Shown here: positions 36,460 to 45,472 of the stretch, one piece after another
How the letters are laid out: each line of letters starts with the position of its first letter
Position numbering within the stretch: the first letter of the stretch is position 1
Assembly: GCA_964369695.1 (NCBI GenBank)
Contig: CAYJGL010000001.1
Location: 123,450 to 187,449, forward strand
Length of the DNA: 64,000 nucleotides
Direction: 5' to 3'
Origin: an uncultured Clostridium sp.
Lineage (GTDB): Bacteria > Bacillota > Clostridia > TANB77 > CAG-508
The notes under the pieces: model-generated
The model's database searches: none
The model's input: the letters and a program-made list of their open reading frames with translations, nothing else
What the model was told of the DNA's origin: nothing
Program-made: the position numbers and the translations under genes

Positions 36460-37572
36460 TTATTTAATATATTTTTTTAATAATGGTATTAAATAATCTG
36501 TATAATATTTTGGTAAAGTATAGTTATTATAATTTTTCAATCCATTCAAATAAATGGTATATAAGTTTTCATCATTCAAATATTTATCTAACATAAGTTT
36601 AGAGTTTTCTATATCTATCATAGGAAATTCATATTTTCTATCTTCTTCTATTTCTTTATGCATTTCATCATATTTTGAAGTATATTTTTGTATATAAGGA
36701 AGTATTAAACAATTATCTCCATGAATCCAAGGATAAGTCCATTTCATATCTAAACCATCTTTTAACATAATAGCATTTTTAGATACCTCAAGATGCCTCA
36801 TGCATTTAGGATTAGTACCTTCTAAACTTACACATAATTTTGATTTATAACCAATATCTAGAGCTTCTGATATTGCCATATTATTGTGTTTATTAGTTAT
36901 ACGATCTAAGATAACTATATTATTCTTTGATTTTAATTTTTTTAAATCATTTTTATTTGTTATAATATTAAAATCTGAGAACTTATCATTTAAAAAATCT
37001 ATAAATCTCATTCTTGCTGGTATATTGTTCAAATTACCAAACATGAAGATATCAATTGGTCGATTATCAAATTCTTGTTTTGTGTGGATAGGATAATCTT
37101 TTTGAAGAATATTCAGATTACAAAATCTAGATTGAGGAAATAATTCAAAGGGATATATGTCTATATCAGATGCCATATATTCTTTTGTAGTTTTCCATGA
37201 ACCATCAATATAATTATAATAATTACTTTTAAATACAGCTTTTAAATTATTACCTAATTTTTCTTCAAATAAATATTTATTATTAAATTGTTGAACTTTT
37301 GATTTTATATCTCTTGTGCCTCCAAAATCTCGACGTTCACTACAATCAATATAAATAATTGGTTTATTTGAATTTGATAATAAAATAGCTTCTTGCTCAA
37401 TGCCGGTACCTTCAATACTACACCTATCATTATAAACAACAATAACGATATCAGAGTCTTTTATATTATTAACAATTTGAATTTCTGGAATAGTATCATT
37501 TAATAATTTTTTATGATACGATGCATTTAATGAATCTAATGCAGTATGAAGTGTTGTCCAATAAATTTTCAT
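36460..37572 (-). CDS. Hypothetical protein in glycan-modification cluster (370 aa)
   Basis: Long ORF flanked by glycosyltransferase and methyltransferase genes. No motif recognised. Confidence 0.8.
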   Translation of the reverse strand: MKIYWTTLHTALDSLNASYHKKLLNDTIPEIQIVNNIKDSDIVIVVYNDRCSIEGTGIEQEAILLSNSNKPIIYIDCSERRDFGGTRDIKSKVQQFNNKYLFEEKLGNNLKAVFKSNYYNYIDGSWKTTKEYMASDIDIYPFELFPQSRFCNLNILQKDYPIHTKQEFDNRPIDIFMFGNLNNIPARMRFIDFLNDKFSDFNIITNKNDLKKLKSKNNIVILDRITNKHNNMAISEALDIGYKSKLCVSLEGTNPKCMRHLEVSKNAIMLKDGLDMKWTYPWIHGDNCLILPYIQKYTSKYDEMHKEIEEDRKYEFPMIDIENSKLMLDKYLNDENLYTIYLNGLKNYNNYTLPKYYTDYLIPLLKKYIK

Positions 37573-37574
37573 AA

Positions 37575-38210
37575 TTATTTCCTTGATAAAATAAGTTGAT
37601 AAATATCTCGTTCTTTAATATCTTCATCTTTAATTAAACTTTGAGGAATTATAGAATATCCATTATTCAACATATATGGAATCAACTGTTTTCCTTTACC
37701 TTCATATGTATTAGTATTCAACACATCATCTATAATTATTAAAGAGTCCTTATTTAAATATTTTTCCATATAAAGAAATGCATTTAAATGATTTTTTTCA
37801 GAGTTTATATTTATTTCATCATCTAAATATAAACCATATTCAGGAACATGTATTGTATAATCCCATGCATCCAAATATAAAATATCAATATTTTGTTTAT
37901 TATCATAGTCATATTTAAAAATATCACAACATATTAATTCACTTCTTTTTTGAGATGCAGAATATTCTTCTAATAATAATTTGCAATTTTTCAATGCATT
38001 TAAATCTATATCAACAGATATTATTTTTCCTTTATTATTTTCTTCTAAATACCAATTCATAATCAGAGTAAAATAACCATCATGCATCCATGCCCATGGA
38101 TGTAAATTTCGAGTCATTCCAACTTCAAATATTAAAGGTTCTTTTATATTGTCTAAATAATTAAAAATATATTCTATATTTTGTTTACGACCATATGGTG
38201 GCTTTATCAT
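37575..38210 (-). CDS. Class I SAM-dependent methyltransferase (TylF/Methyltransf_24-like)
   Basis: IFEVGMTRN..., ISVDID, ILYLDAWDY, SLIIIDDV: the spacing pattern of O-methyltransferases in this family. Confidence 0.5.
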   Translation of the reverse strand: MIKPPYGRKQNIEYIFNYLDNIKEPLIFEVGMTRNLHPWAWMHDGYFTLIMNWYLEENNKGKIISVDIDLNALKNCKLLLEEYSASQKRSELICCDIFKYDYDNKQNIDILYLDAWDYTIHVPEYGLYLDDEININSEKNHLNAFLYMEKYLNKDSLIIIDDVLNTNTYEGKGKQLIPYMLNNGYSIIPQSLIKDEDIKERDIYQLILSRK

Positions 38211-38220
38211 AAATTTAACC

Positions 38221-38790
38221 TTATATCTTTTTCAAAATAATTTCAAAATGACAACATACATTTTGATTATAATCTAAAGTTTGATCAATTGAGGTTCCTA
38301 AAGAAAAATCATAATTTTGTAAATTTTCAAATATATCAATTATCTTAATTTTCGAATTAAACTTTTTCAAAAAATCAGTTATAACAACATTTTTAGGAAG
38401 TTCTGACTTTTCATTTAAAGTAAAAGACCATTTATGATCAGCATTCCATAATGAAGGCCATGATTTTTTTTCATAATACACTTCATGTGGGAGTACTATA
38501 TAAATATAACCACCAGGTTTACATATTCTAATCCAATTATCAAGAGCCATACACAAATCAGACATATGTTCTAAACAATGAGATGAATAGACGAAATCAT
38601 ATATATCATCTTCAATATTTGATAATGTTTGTGCATTACCTTGTTCTTTATCATAACAAAAAACAGTTCCATTTGGAATAACAAGAGGATCATCTCCTCC
38701 ACCAATATCAATACCATTACCTTTTAAATATTTATCAAAATATCCTTTTGAAAGTCTCATATCATAACATTTTGAAGTTTCTTTTGTCAT
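38221..38790 (-). CDS. Class I SAM-dependent methyltransferase (type 11-like)
   Basis: GIDIGGGDDPL (motif I), YDFVYSSHCLEHM, ICKPGGYIYIVLPH. Track start 38805 is TTG; ATG at 38790 follows GGGGAG. Confidence 0.65.
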   Translation of the reverse strand: MTKETSKCYDMRLSKGYFDKYLKGNGIDIGGGDDPLVIPNGTVFCYDKEQGNAQTLSNIEDDIYDFVYSSHCLEHMSDLCMALDNWIRICKPGGYIYIVLPHEVYYEKKSWPSLWNADHKWSFTLNEKSELPKNVVITDFLKKFNSKIKIIDIFENLQNYDFSLGTSIDQTLDYNQNVCCHFEIILKKI

Positions 38791-38792
38791 AA

Positions 38793-39659
38793 TCATTCTC
38801 CCCAATACTTATTTTTAATAGATGATATATCTTCAAAAAGAGTATCCATATATTTTAAATTATTACAAGAATATACTTTCATATTTTTTGAAAGTTTCCA
38901 ATTTGTATTTAAATTATTAACATCATTAGGATCAGATAATACTAGAGTTGGACATATGAATTGAGTCCATACATATAAAAAAGTTGCAGGAGTTATACAA
39001 ATAGCAGCATCTTTTGTATATTCTAAAACTTGACGAACAGATAATTGATTTCTTAAATCAATACATCTATTTTTATTTGGAAAATTATCTTCTATTCCTA
39101 TTATTGATACTTCAAATCTATTTCTTATTAATTCTTGTTCTATACGACACCATTCCATATAAGATCTATTTCTTTTTGGAAAATGCGAATGCCATGCAGA
39201 TCTTCTTAAAATAATTGCCTTTTTGGAGTTTTGAGGTTTTGGAAGTATACCTAATAACGGCATAGTCATATTATCATATCTTTTTGTATTAACCGCTCCA
39301 TCAATAAAAGGTATATCTTCCGATAAATGTTTTTTAGCTTTCATTATTTCTGGTATTTGACAAGCTATATCTCCCCCACGTCCAGATGAATCATAAAAAT
39401 AATGAGCTATTCTTCCATTATCAAACCAATATGATAATAAATTATCTACAACTACTCGTATTTTCGGTTCAATATTTCCTTGAATAGGATATGAATGAAT
39501 TATAATCCATCTATGATCCGGATATTTGTCTAATATATAATTAAATTTAGTACTAGCATGTATAGTATCACCTAATAGTCCAGTCAAACGAATACAAACA
39601 TATTTTCCTAATAAATCAATATCATAGATAGAAGAAAGAGGTTTTATTTTATATCTCAT
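38793..39659 (-). CDS. GT9 (heptosyltransferase)-like glycosyltransferase, divergent
   Basis: N-terminus CIRLTGLLGDTIHASTKFNYILDKYPD (GT9: ilvi....lGDvl...p.l..lk..yP). Overall layout aligns by eye with WaaC, but the DTG..H segment is not conserved. Confidence 0.4.
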   Translation of the reverse strand: MRYKIKPLSSIYDIDLLGKYVCIRLTGLLGDTIHASTKFNYILDKYPDHRWIIIHSYPIQGNIEPKIRVVVDNLLSYWFDNGRIAHYFYDSSGRGGDIACQIPEIMKAKKHLSEDIPFIDGAVNTKRYDNMTMPLLGILPKPQNSKKAIILRRSAWHSHFPKRNRSYMEWCRIEQELIRNRFEVSIIGIEDNFPNKNRCIDLRNQLSVRQVLEYTKDAAICITPATFLYVWTQFICPTLVLSDPNDVNNLNTNWKLSKNMKVYSCNNLKYMDTLFEDISSIKNKYWGE

Positions 39660-40035
39660 CTTTTATTCCTTCTATATTATATTTAATAATATCTTTAATT
39701 TTTTGTTTATCTTTATAATGTATACAGACCAATGAAATTCCATTTTCTATAGCAAATTTATTTTTTATTTTATCATGAAGTACAGTCTTCTCATGAACTC
39801 TTTTAGATCTATATGATTTATTAATTGGTTGATAATGATGTATCCCTTGAAATTCAATCAATATATTATATTCTGGTAAATAAAAATCAAATCTCAAGGG
39901 ATAGTTTTTAGGACTTTTGCAAGTAGAAAATGTCTTTTCTCGAATATACTGTATATTATTTTCTTGAAGATATAATAATATATCTCTCTCACCAGTACTT
40001 CTACAAGATTTTTTCCTTTTAAAATATTTATGCAT
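39649..40035 (-). CDS. PD-(D/E)XK-fold endonuclease-like protein (DUF559/Vsr-like; possible homing endonuclease)
   Basis: 128 aa. GERDILLYLQENNIQYIREKTF...PLRFDFYLPEYNILIEFQGIHHY matches the E..l...L....f......r.DF.l....l.IE.dG..H pattern. Confidence 0.4.
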   Translation of the reverse strand: MHKYFKRKKSCRSTGERDILLYLQENNIQYIREKTFSTCKSPKNYPLRFDFYLPEYNILIEFQGIHHYQPINKSYRSKRVHEKTVLHDKIKNKFAIENGISLVCIHYKDKQKIKDIIKYNIEGIKDEI

Positions 40036-40622
40036 TATTGTATTGCTTTAGTTATTATAAATGAAATTATACCCCACCCAATTAAAGATAGAGTAAATGT
40101 AACAGAAATTACAGATAATACTAAACCAAGTTTAGTACTTAATTTCATCATATCATCTTTTAAAGATCGTATACTTTCTTCAACATCTTCTAATTTATTT
40201 TCTGAATCACCATGATTTTCTTTATTTGAACTTAATAATTCAGCAACAGTTTTATCTAATCTTCTTGATATTTCTATTAAAGAACTGGATATTTTTCTAT
40301 TTTCGGTATTTATTAAATTTAATTCAGTTATTTTATTTTGTGTTTTATTATCATGTTCTTGTATTTTTTCTGCTAAGAAAATTTTTAAATCTTTACGACT
40401 TTCTATATTCACTTTTTCTGTTTTATCTAATGCAAATAATATTTTATCCAACAATTCTGCTCTTGAAGGAGGCAATGAATTTAAATGTGCCAATTCTTTT
40501 ATATGATTTGTTGTGTCATTAATAATTGATGTTATTGTTATTAAACTTTCTTTAATTGGCGTAAATATAAGTTTTACCATCTCTTCAGAGATCATTCTTT
40601 CATTATTAGAAATTATAGACAT
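40035..40622 (-). CDS. Coiled-coil protein with C-terminal transmembrane anchor
   Basis: 195 aa. C-terminus LGLVLSVISVTFTLSLIGWGIISFIITKAIQ. GAGGGA SD. Confidence 0.7.
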   Translation of the reverse strand: MSIISNNERMISEEMVKLIFTPIKESLITITSIINDTTNHIKELAHLNSLPPSRAELLDKILFALDKTEKVNIESRKDLKIFLAEKIQEHDNKTQNKITELNLINTENRKISSSLIEISRRLDKTVAELLSSNKENHGDSENKLEDVEESIRSLKDDMMKLSTKLGLVLSVISVTFTLSLIGWGIISFIITKAIQ

Positions 40623-41034
40623 CAGTATCCCTCGTGTGATTAAGGATGTTAGATATTTCTTTCAAATTATTTACTGCTTGTTGACTTAACACTGTTATTT
40701 CTTCTTTTAATTTTAACATATCACAGTTTATAATATTTTTAGATATAGGTATCTCACTACTTAATACTAATAAAAAATAATCATCATCTAAAAAATAAGC
40801 AGCAAGTACTCCTTCTATTAAAACGTTTTTCTTTTTTCGTTTCTTTTGTTTTACTAAAAAATTACAAGTACTATTAATTATTTTTATTACATTTGAATCA
40901 GATATTAAATGAGATGCAGAATTATTATAATTCATTATTTCTAAAGTATGTGTTTTTATAATAAAAATAGGATGAGGAGATAAATCAAAACCTTTTTTAT
41001 ATATATTAATAGGTATATTCATAGGTATATTCAT
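40606..41034 (-). CDS. Hypothetical protein (142 aa; MNIPMNIPINIY...)
   Basis: The track start 41085 overlaps the upstream gene. ATG at 41034 has AAGGAG 6 nt upstream. Confidence 0.65.
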   Translation of the reverse strand: MNIPMNIPINIYKKGFDLSPHPIFIIKTHTLEIMNYNNSASHLISDSNVIKIINSTCNFLVKQKKRKKKNVLIEGVLAAYFLDDDYFLLVLSSEIPISKNIINCDMLKLKEEITVLSQQAVNNLKEISNILNHTRDTDVYNF

Positions 41035-41044
41035 AATATCTCCT

Positions 41045-41482
41045 TTATAACTTAATAAGGCGTATTCTAGAACCTGGCATTCCATTTGGTTCTAATAAAT
41101 TATATCGATCATCACAAGTGTTCATTTTAAATATAAAATCAATTCCATTCTCATATGTTAAAGATCCTCCCCCAACATAAGTCGTTCTTTCTTTTTTAAA
41201 ATCTTCAAATTTTAAATTTTTAGGACCTTCTAAAACTCCAATTATTTCTTCTCCTTTATTCAATTCATTCAAATTGATTAAAGGAAATGTAAATTCAAGA
41301 TAATCGCTATGTGAAAATTCTTTATTTACTTCAAATATTAATTTAATATCATCATTATCTTCAAAAATAATCATATTTCCTTTTTGATTTGACATTGAAT
41401 TTTCTTCTAATTCTGTAGGAGTATAATTTTCTAATACAATATTATAAAATGACTCATATACAAGATCATTTATATTTTTCAT
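41045..41482 (-). CDS. N-terminally tagged protein (MKNINDLVYESF...)
   Basis: 145 aa, GGAGAAAAT before ATG. Tag at the N-terminus. Confidence 0.75.
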   Translation of the reverse strand: MKNINDLVYESFYNIVLENYTPTELEENSMSNQKGNMIIFEDNDDIKLIFEVNKEFSHSDYLEFTFPLINLNELNKGEEIIGVLEGPKNLKFEDFKKERTTYVGGGSLTYENGIDFIFKMNTCDDRYNLLEPNGMPGSRIRLIKL

Positions 41483-41498
41483 ATTTTCTCCAAAATAT

Positions 41499-42047
41499 TT
41501 AAATTATTTTATTTAGATTGTTTTTATTTAAATTCCAATTGAATTCTGGAGAACAACTATTTAAATATTCATTCCAAGTCAATATCGAGATATTATATAT
41601 TTTAACATTACTTTGTAGTCTTTTAATTTCAAGTGGAACATTTATATCATCATAATTAAACAAAAAATCTTTTCCAAAAATTAGATTATTCATATCATAA
41701 TCAATCCAATCTTCAAATTCTTTTATTAAAACAGAAAATGCAGTTAAAGGTGTATCTGGATCTATAAATATAGGATATATTGGCATGTTCTTTTGACATA
41801 ATATTTCTAAATTATCATCTTCTTTAAAGGAATGACATTTTCCATGACAATGTTCGATATGATAATGATTATCAACATAATTAAAAATATTAGTTGAAAT
41901 TGTATTTAGTTCTATTATATTATTTTTAATATCTTCTATTGGAATGTTTTTTATAATATTTGCAAGTACTGAAATTTGTTTACCAGCATCTGTTAAAGTT
42001 GTTTCTAAATTATCTATTAAAAGTTTAGTTTCTATATAAATAGACAT
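41499..42047 (-). CDS. EF-hand/dockerin-like loop family member 3 (degenerate loop)
   Basis: HYHIEHCHGKCH; DYDMNNLIFGKDFLFNYDDINVP...WNEY parallels the modules in 42055-42513 and 32790-33779. Confidence 0.75.
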   Translation of the reverse strand: MSIYIETKLLIDNLETTLTDAGKQISVLANIIKNIPIEDIKNNIIELNTISTNIFNYVDNHYHIEHCHGKCHSFKEDDNLEILCQKNMPIYPIFIDPDTPLTAFSVLIKEFEDWIDYDMNNLIFGKDFLFNYDDINVPLEIKRLQSNVKIYNISILTWNEYLNSCSPEFNWNLNKNNLNKII

Positions 42048-42054
42048 AGATTTC

Positions 42055-42513
42055 TCACTTAAGGTAATCTGGTAATGTTTGTTTATATGAATCCCAACTT
42101 ATTTGATTATAATTGAAATCTATTATTTCTAATAATTCATTTATTTGAGGAGGAGCATTCTTATCATTAGGGATTATTACAAAATCTTTACCATATATTA
42201 ATCCATTTCCATCACAATCAACATTATGTTGAAATTCTCTAATTAATAAATCAGAGAGACTCAATGAACTATCTAATAACGGACTTCCAGGTTTTGCTTC
42301 AAATTTATCTGAACATAAATGAGGTGAATTATGCAAATGAGAATTATGTATATGTATTAAACAATCTTTTAATTCTTTTGTATTTGTAGAAATAGATGAT
42401 AACATTGTTTGTACTTCATTCAAGTTATTAGAAAGGAAATTTATAGATTCTGCAGTTAGTTTTAATGGATTTAATAATTTGGAAACGTCTACATTAATTA
42501 TAGTATTTGACAT
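42055..42513 (-). CDS. EF-hand/dockerin-like loop family member 2
   Basis: IHIHNSHLHNSPH; DCDGNGLIYGKDFVIIPNDKNAP...ISWDSY. Confidence 0.75.
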   Translation of the reverse strand: MSNTIINVDVSKLLNPLKLTAESINFLSNNLNEVQTMLSSISTNTKELKDCLIHIHNSHLHNSPHLCSDKFEAKPGSPLLDSSLSLSDLLIREFQHNVDCDGNGLIYGKDFVIIPNDKNAPPQINELLEIIDFNYNQISWDSYKQTLPDYLK

Positions 42514-42522
42514 AAATATCTC

Positions 42523-42720
42523 TTATTTTAAATCATTAATTGATTGTTTTAGTCCATGTTTTAAACCTAATTCATATGCTTTTACATTACTTTTAACATT
42601 TGCTATTCCTCTAACTCTTCCAGATTTTGTAGTTCCATATTTCTTAAAACGTTTACTAAAATGATCTCGAGGATTGAACGATTCAGACAATATGTTATAA
42701 ATCATATTATTAATATTCAT
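42523..42720 (-). CDS. N-terminally tagged small basic protein (MNINNMIYNILSESF...)
   Basis: 65 aa. Tag variant with LSES. Confidence 0.6.
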   Translation of the reverse strand: MNINNMIYNILSESFNPRDHFSKRFKKYGTTKSGRVRGIANVKSNVKAYELGLKHGLKQSINDLK

Positions 42721-42731
42721 AATACAACTCT

Positions 42732-43490
42732 TTAGTATTTTAAAAAAGAAGGAGCATGTCCTAAAAGTTGGTTTCCTATAAATTTTAAACGATTAACCCA
42801 ACCTTTCCAAAATTTTTGTTGTGTTGGTTTTTTTATTATAATTTGTTTATAAAATTTATATCTTAATTCTATATATTTATTTATAATTTCAATTTCAGAT
42901 TTATAATTCATTATGGAAGATAATGCTGTTAATGTTTTTGGTCCTATTTTACCATCTTCTGAAATTTTATTAGATAAGAATTCGTTTAATGTTCTTTGTA
43001 AATATTTTTGACCAACACTTACACCTGAATTAATATTCATATCATATACTAGAATAGCTATATTTTCTGGTAAGTCATCACAACTCGAATTATCCCAAAA
43101 CTGAGATTTAAAATATAATATAGATTGATATTTAAGATTAATATCATTATCTACTTTTTCTATAAATTTTGAACTTCCTCTACCAAATTGATTAGCCATT
43201 TCATCAACAAAAACCCACCCATTCCAATTTGGATGAAAATTTCTAGCAACACCAAAAATAGTTTCACCTCCTCTATCATGAGTAACATCATTCCATCCAC
43301 CTTCATTTATCGAAACTATCGAAACTGCTTTTTGAAATGGTTTTGTAAAATTCAATAATAATTGTTCTAAAGAATTATTATTAACTTCTTTTTCAATATT
43401 AGAATTATCAGTTTCAATTAATAAATCATCAATATTTATTAAAATAGTTTCTTTTATAAGACTTAATAATTTATCAACATCTATCTTCAT
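42732..43490 (-). CDS. GH108 lysozyme with PG_binding_3-type peptidoglycan-binding domain (endolysin or virion lysin)
   Basis: NEGGWNDVTHDRGGETIFGVAR (GH108 EGGy.ndp.D.GG.T..GI), then FWDNSSCDDLPENIAILVYDMNINSG and DGKIGPKTLTAL. Confidence 0.85.
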   Translation of the reverse strand: MKIDVDKLLSLIKETILINIDDLLIETDNSNIEKEVNNNSLEQLLLNFTKPFQKAVSIVSINEGGWNDVTHDRGGETIFGVARNFHPNWNGWVFVDEMANQFGRGSSKFIEKVDNDINLKYQSILYFKSQFWDNSSCDDLPENIAILVYDMNINSGVSVGQKYLQRTLNEFLSNKISEDGKIGPKTLTALSSIMNYKSEIEIINKYIELRYKFYKQIIIKKPTQQKFWKGWVNRLKFIGNQLLGHAPSFLKY

Positions 43491-43491
43491 A

Positions 43492-43851
43492 TTATCCTCT
43501 TTTTCTATAAAAATATAAATTTTCTAAAGATACTTTTCTTATTTTTGGGTTACAAGATATAAGTCCATCTCCTATAATTGATGGTTGTATAAAAGCTTCA
43601 CATTCATTAAGATCAACTATATTAAAAACACCAGGAATATCATATGATTGCACGATATCTCCAATTTTAAATTTTCGTTTAAAGATAACTGGAATGTCTT
43701 TATATTTCAAATCTATATTTTTCAAAAAATGTTTAACAACATCTACATCTTCTGGAAATTCTACAACTATAACATCTCCTGGTTTTATTTTCATCGCTAT
43801 CTTATGAAGGTGAAACATCACATCACAACCTTTAATAAAAGGATATTCCAT
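43492..43851 (-). CDS. Hypothetical protein (119 aa)
   Basis: ORF ends 1 nt before the lysin start. Confidence 0.65.
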   Translation of the reverse strand: MEYPFIKGCDVMFHLHKIAMKIKPGDVIVVEFPEDVDVVKHFLKNIDLKYKDIPVIFKRKFKIGDIVQSYDIPGVFNIVDLNECEAFIQPSIIGDGLISCNPKIRKVSLENLYFYRKRG

Positions 43852-43860
43852 ATAAAATCC

Positions 43861-44496
43861 TTATACGAATAATTTTATTAAACGAAATAATACATCTGTT
43901 ATGCTTTTTGTTTCTTTAGAAGTATATTTTAATCTAGTTAAAAATCGATCAATTAATTTAGTTATCAAATATATACTTCCACTAGTTAATGCTTGATTTC
44001 CTATTCTAGAAACATTTGAATATAATTGTTGATAACGAACATCTTCTCCGACCATATATTTTTGAAATTTAGAAGGTAAATCATATTTATTAGCATAATG
44101 TAATATTGTTTCTGCTTTTTGATTAACATTAGAATCATTAGGATGTGCTTTTTTATAATTATTAACAACGTATCTGATTGTTGAAGAACCATGTCCTATA
44201 ATTGATCCTATCAATACCAATCCTAATAACAATAATAATTTATTAAGTTCAGTATCCATACTTGAATTGTCTAAATTGTCATTTCTATGATTATTATGTT
44301 GATGGTGTTGATGATGTTGATGACGATGTTGATTATGATGTTGATTATGATGTTGATTATGATGTTGATGACGATGTCGATTATGATGTTGATTATGGTA
44401 TTGATGATTTCTATTATATTGATTATAATAATTTCGATTATCAATACTTTCAGATATATAATCTAAAGAATATAATAATTGATGAATATCCCTCAT
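43861..44496 (-). CDS. His/Gln-rich protein with one TM segment; weak version of the N-terminal tag
   Basis: MRDIHQLLYSLDYISES..., then HQYHNQHHNRHRHQHHNQHHNQHHNQHRHQHHQHHQHNNH, then LLLLLGLVLIGSIIG. Confidence 0.7.
   Translation of the reverse strand: MRDIHQLLYSLDYISESIDNRNYYNQYNRNHQYHNQHHNRHRHQHHNQHHNQHHNQHRHQHHQHHQHNNHRNDNLDNSSMDTELNKLLLLLGLVLIGSIIGHGSSTIRYVVNNYKKAHPNDSNVNQKAETILHYANKYDLPSKFQKYMVGEDVRYQQLYSNVSRIGNQALTSGSIYLITKLIDRFLTRLKYTSKETKSITDVLFRLIKLFV
44290..44410. repeat. 12-bp-unit imperfect tandem repeat (GATGTTGATTAT) encoding a His/Gln/Asn tract
   Basis: Read directly. Also generates the shadow ORFs in the track. Confidence 0.8.
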
Positions 44497-44523
44497 GAAT
44501 AAATCCTTTAATTATTTTTTAAT

Positions 44524-45456
44524 TTATCCTATTGTCTCATTTAAATATTTGAAATTATAAGATAGATAATTATTAATATAATCATAAATACTTTCATTCA
44601 AATCAAGACAAACATGATCACTATATTGATTAAGTTTAGACACATCTGCTTTAATATAATGTGGATAATTATTATGCAATTTAATAGGAAGGTATGTTAA
44701 TTGAATATTATATTCTCGTATATTCAAAGTTAAAGAAATATAATTCACAAGATCTTTGAAAGATTTTGCTACACCACTTCCTATATTAATTATTCCATGT
44801 GCATCATCATTATTCATAATATTGAATAAATGTTGATTAAAGTCTTTAATATAAATATAATCTCGACATTGATCTCCATCTTTAAAATTATGATCAATTG
44901 ATTGATATAATGAGACCATATTTTTGTCTTTTAAACTTCGATATATTTTAAATATAATACTAATATAATCTTGTTTATGATATTCATTAGGTCCAAACAC
45001 ATTAAATGGTTTTATGTTTATAACTTTATCTAAATATCCTTTTCGAAATAACCAATTATCAAATAAATTTTTATTATATGCATAGTAATTTAAAGGTTTT
45101 AATTTTGGTGGCATAATATCATCACTAAAACCATTCTCACCATTTCCATATGTTGAAAATGAAGATATATTTATAAATTTAATATTTTTATCATAACATG
45201 CTGAACATAAATTTTTTGAAAATTGCATATCATTATTATTTTCAGAATTTATGTTTATAACACATTTAATATCATCATTCAATTCAGTAAAATGATCTTT
45301 GGAATAAACATCTATAAATTGTTGTTTATTCAAATTCTTCCAATTCTTTTCTGTTATTGTATCAATGCCTATGATGTCTGTTATGTTTTCTTGATTTAAT
45401 TTTGTTAAAAAAGAGCTTCCTAAAAAACTACATATTCCATTTATTAAAATAGACAT
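44524..45456 (-). CDS. ADP-L-glycero-D-manno-heptose 6-epimerase (HldD)-like SDR
   Basis: Aligns by eye along the whole length with HldD: ITDIIGID, ISSFSTYG, PLNYYAYNK (YxxxK), FNVFGPNEYHK, CRDYIYIKD, GIINIGSGVAKSF, YIKADVSKL. The Rossmann motif is altered (NGICSFLGS versus GGAGFIGS). Confidence 0.6.
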   Translation of the reverse strand: MSILINGICSFLGSSFLTKLNQENITDIIGIDTITEKNWKNLNKQQFIDVYSKDHFTELNDDIKCVININSENNNDMQFSKNLCSACYDKNIKFINISSFSTYGNGENGFSDDIMPPKLKPLNYYAYNKNLFDNWLFRKGYLDKVINIKPFNVFGPNEYHKQDYISIIFKIYRSLKDKNMVSLYQSIDHNFKDGDQCRDYIYIKDFNQHLFNIMNNDDAHGIINIGSGVAKSFKDLVNYISLTLNIREYNIQLTYLPIKLHNNYPHYIKADVSKLNQYSDHVCLDLNESIYDYINNYLSYNFKYLNETIG

Positions 45457-45472
45457 AGTATAATTTTCCTTA

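Noticed and set aside
1449-43872. Other short plus-strand track ORFs inside minus-strand genes: 1449, 3747, 9894, 10322, 11867, 24473, 30331, 31682, 34078, 35824, 36884, 39014, 40030, 40226, 42479 and 43648. Also the minus-strand ORFs 24136 and 28937.
   Set aside because: All are fully embedded in longer, motif-bearing or operon-consistent ORFs. They are Ile/Phe/Leu/Tyr-rich antisense translations of AT-rich coding DNA, with no ribosome-binding sites.
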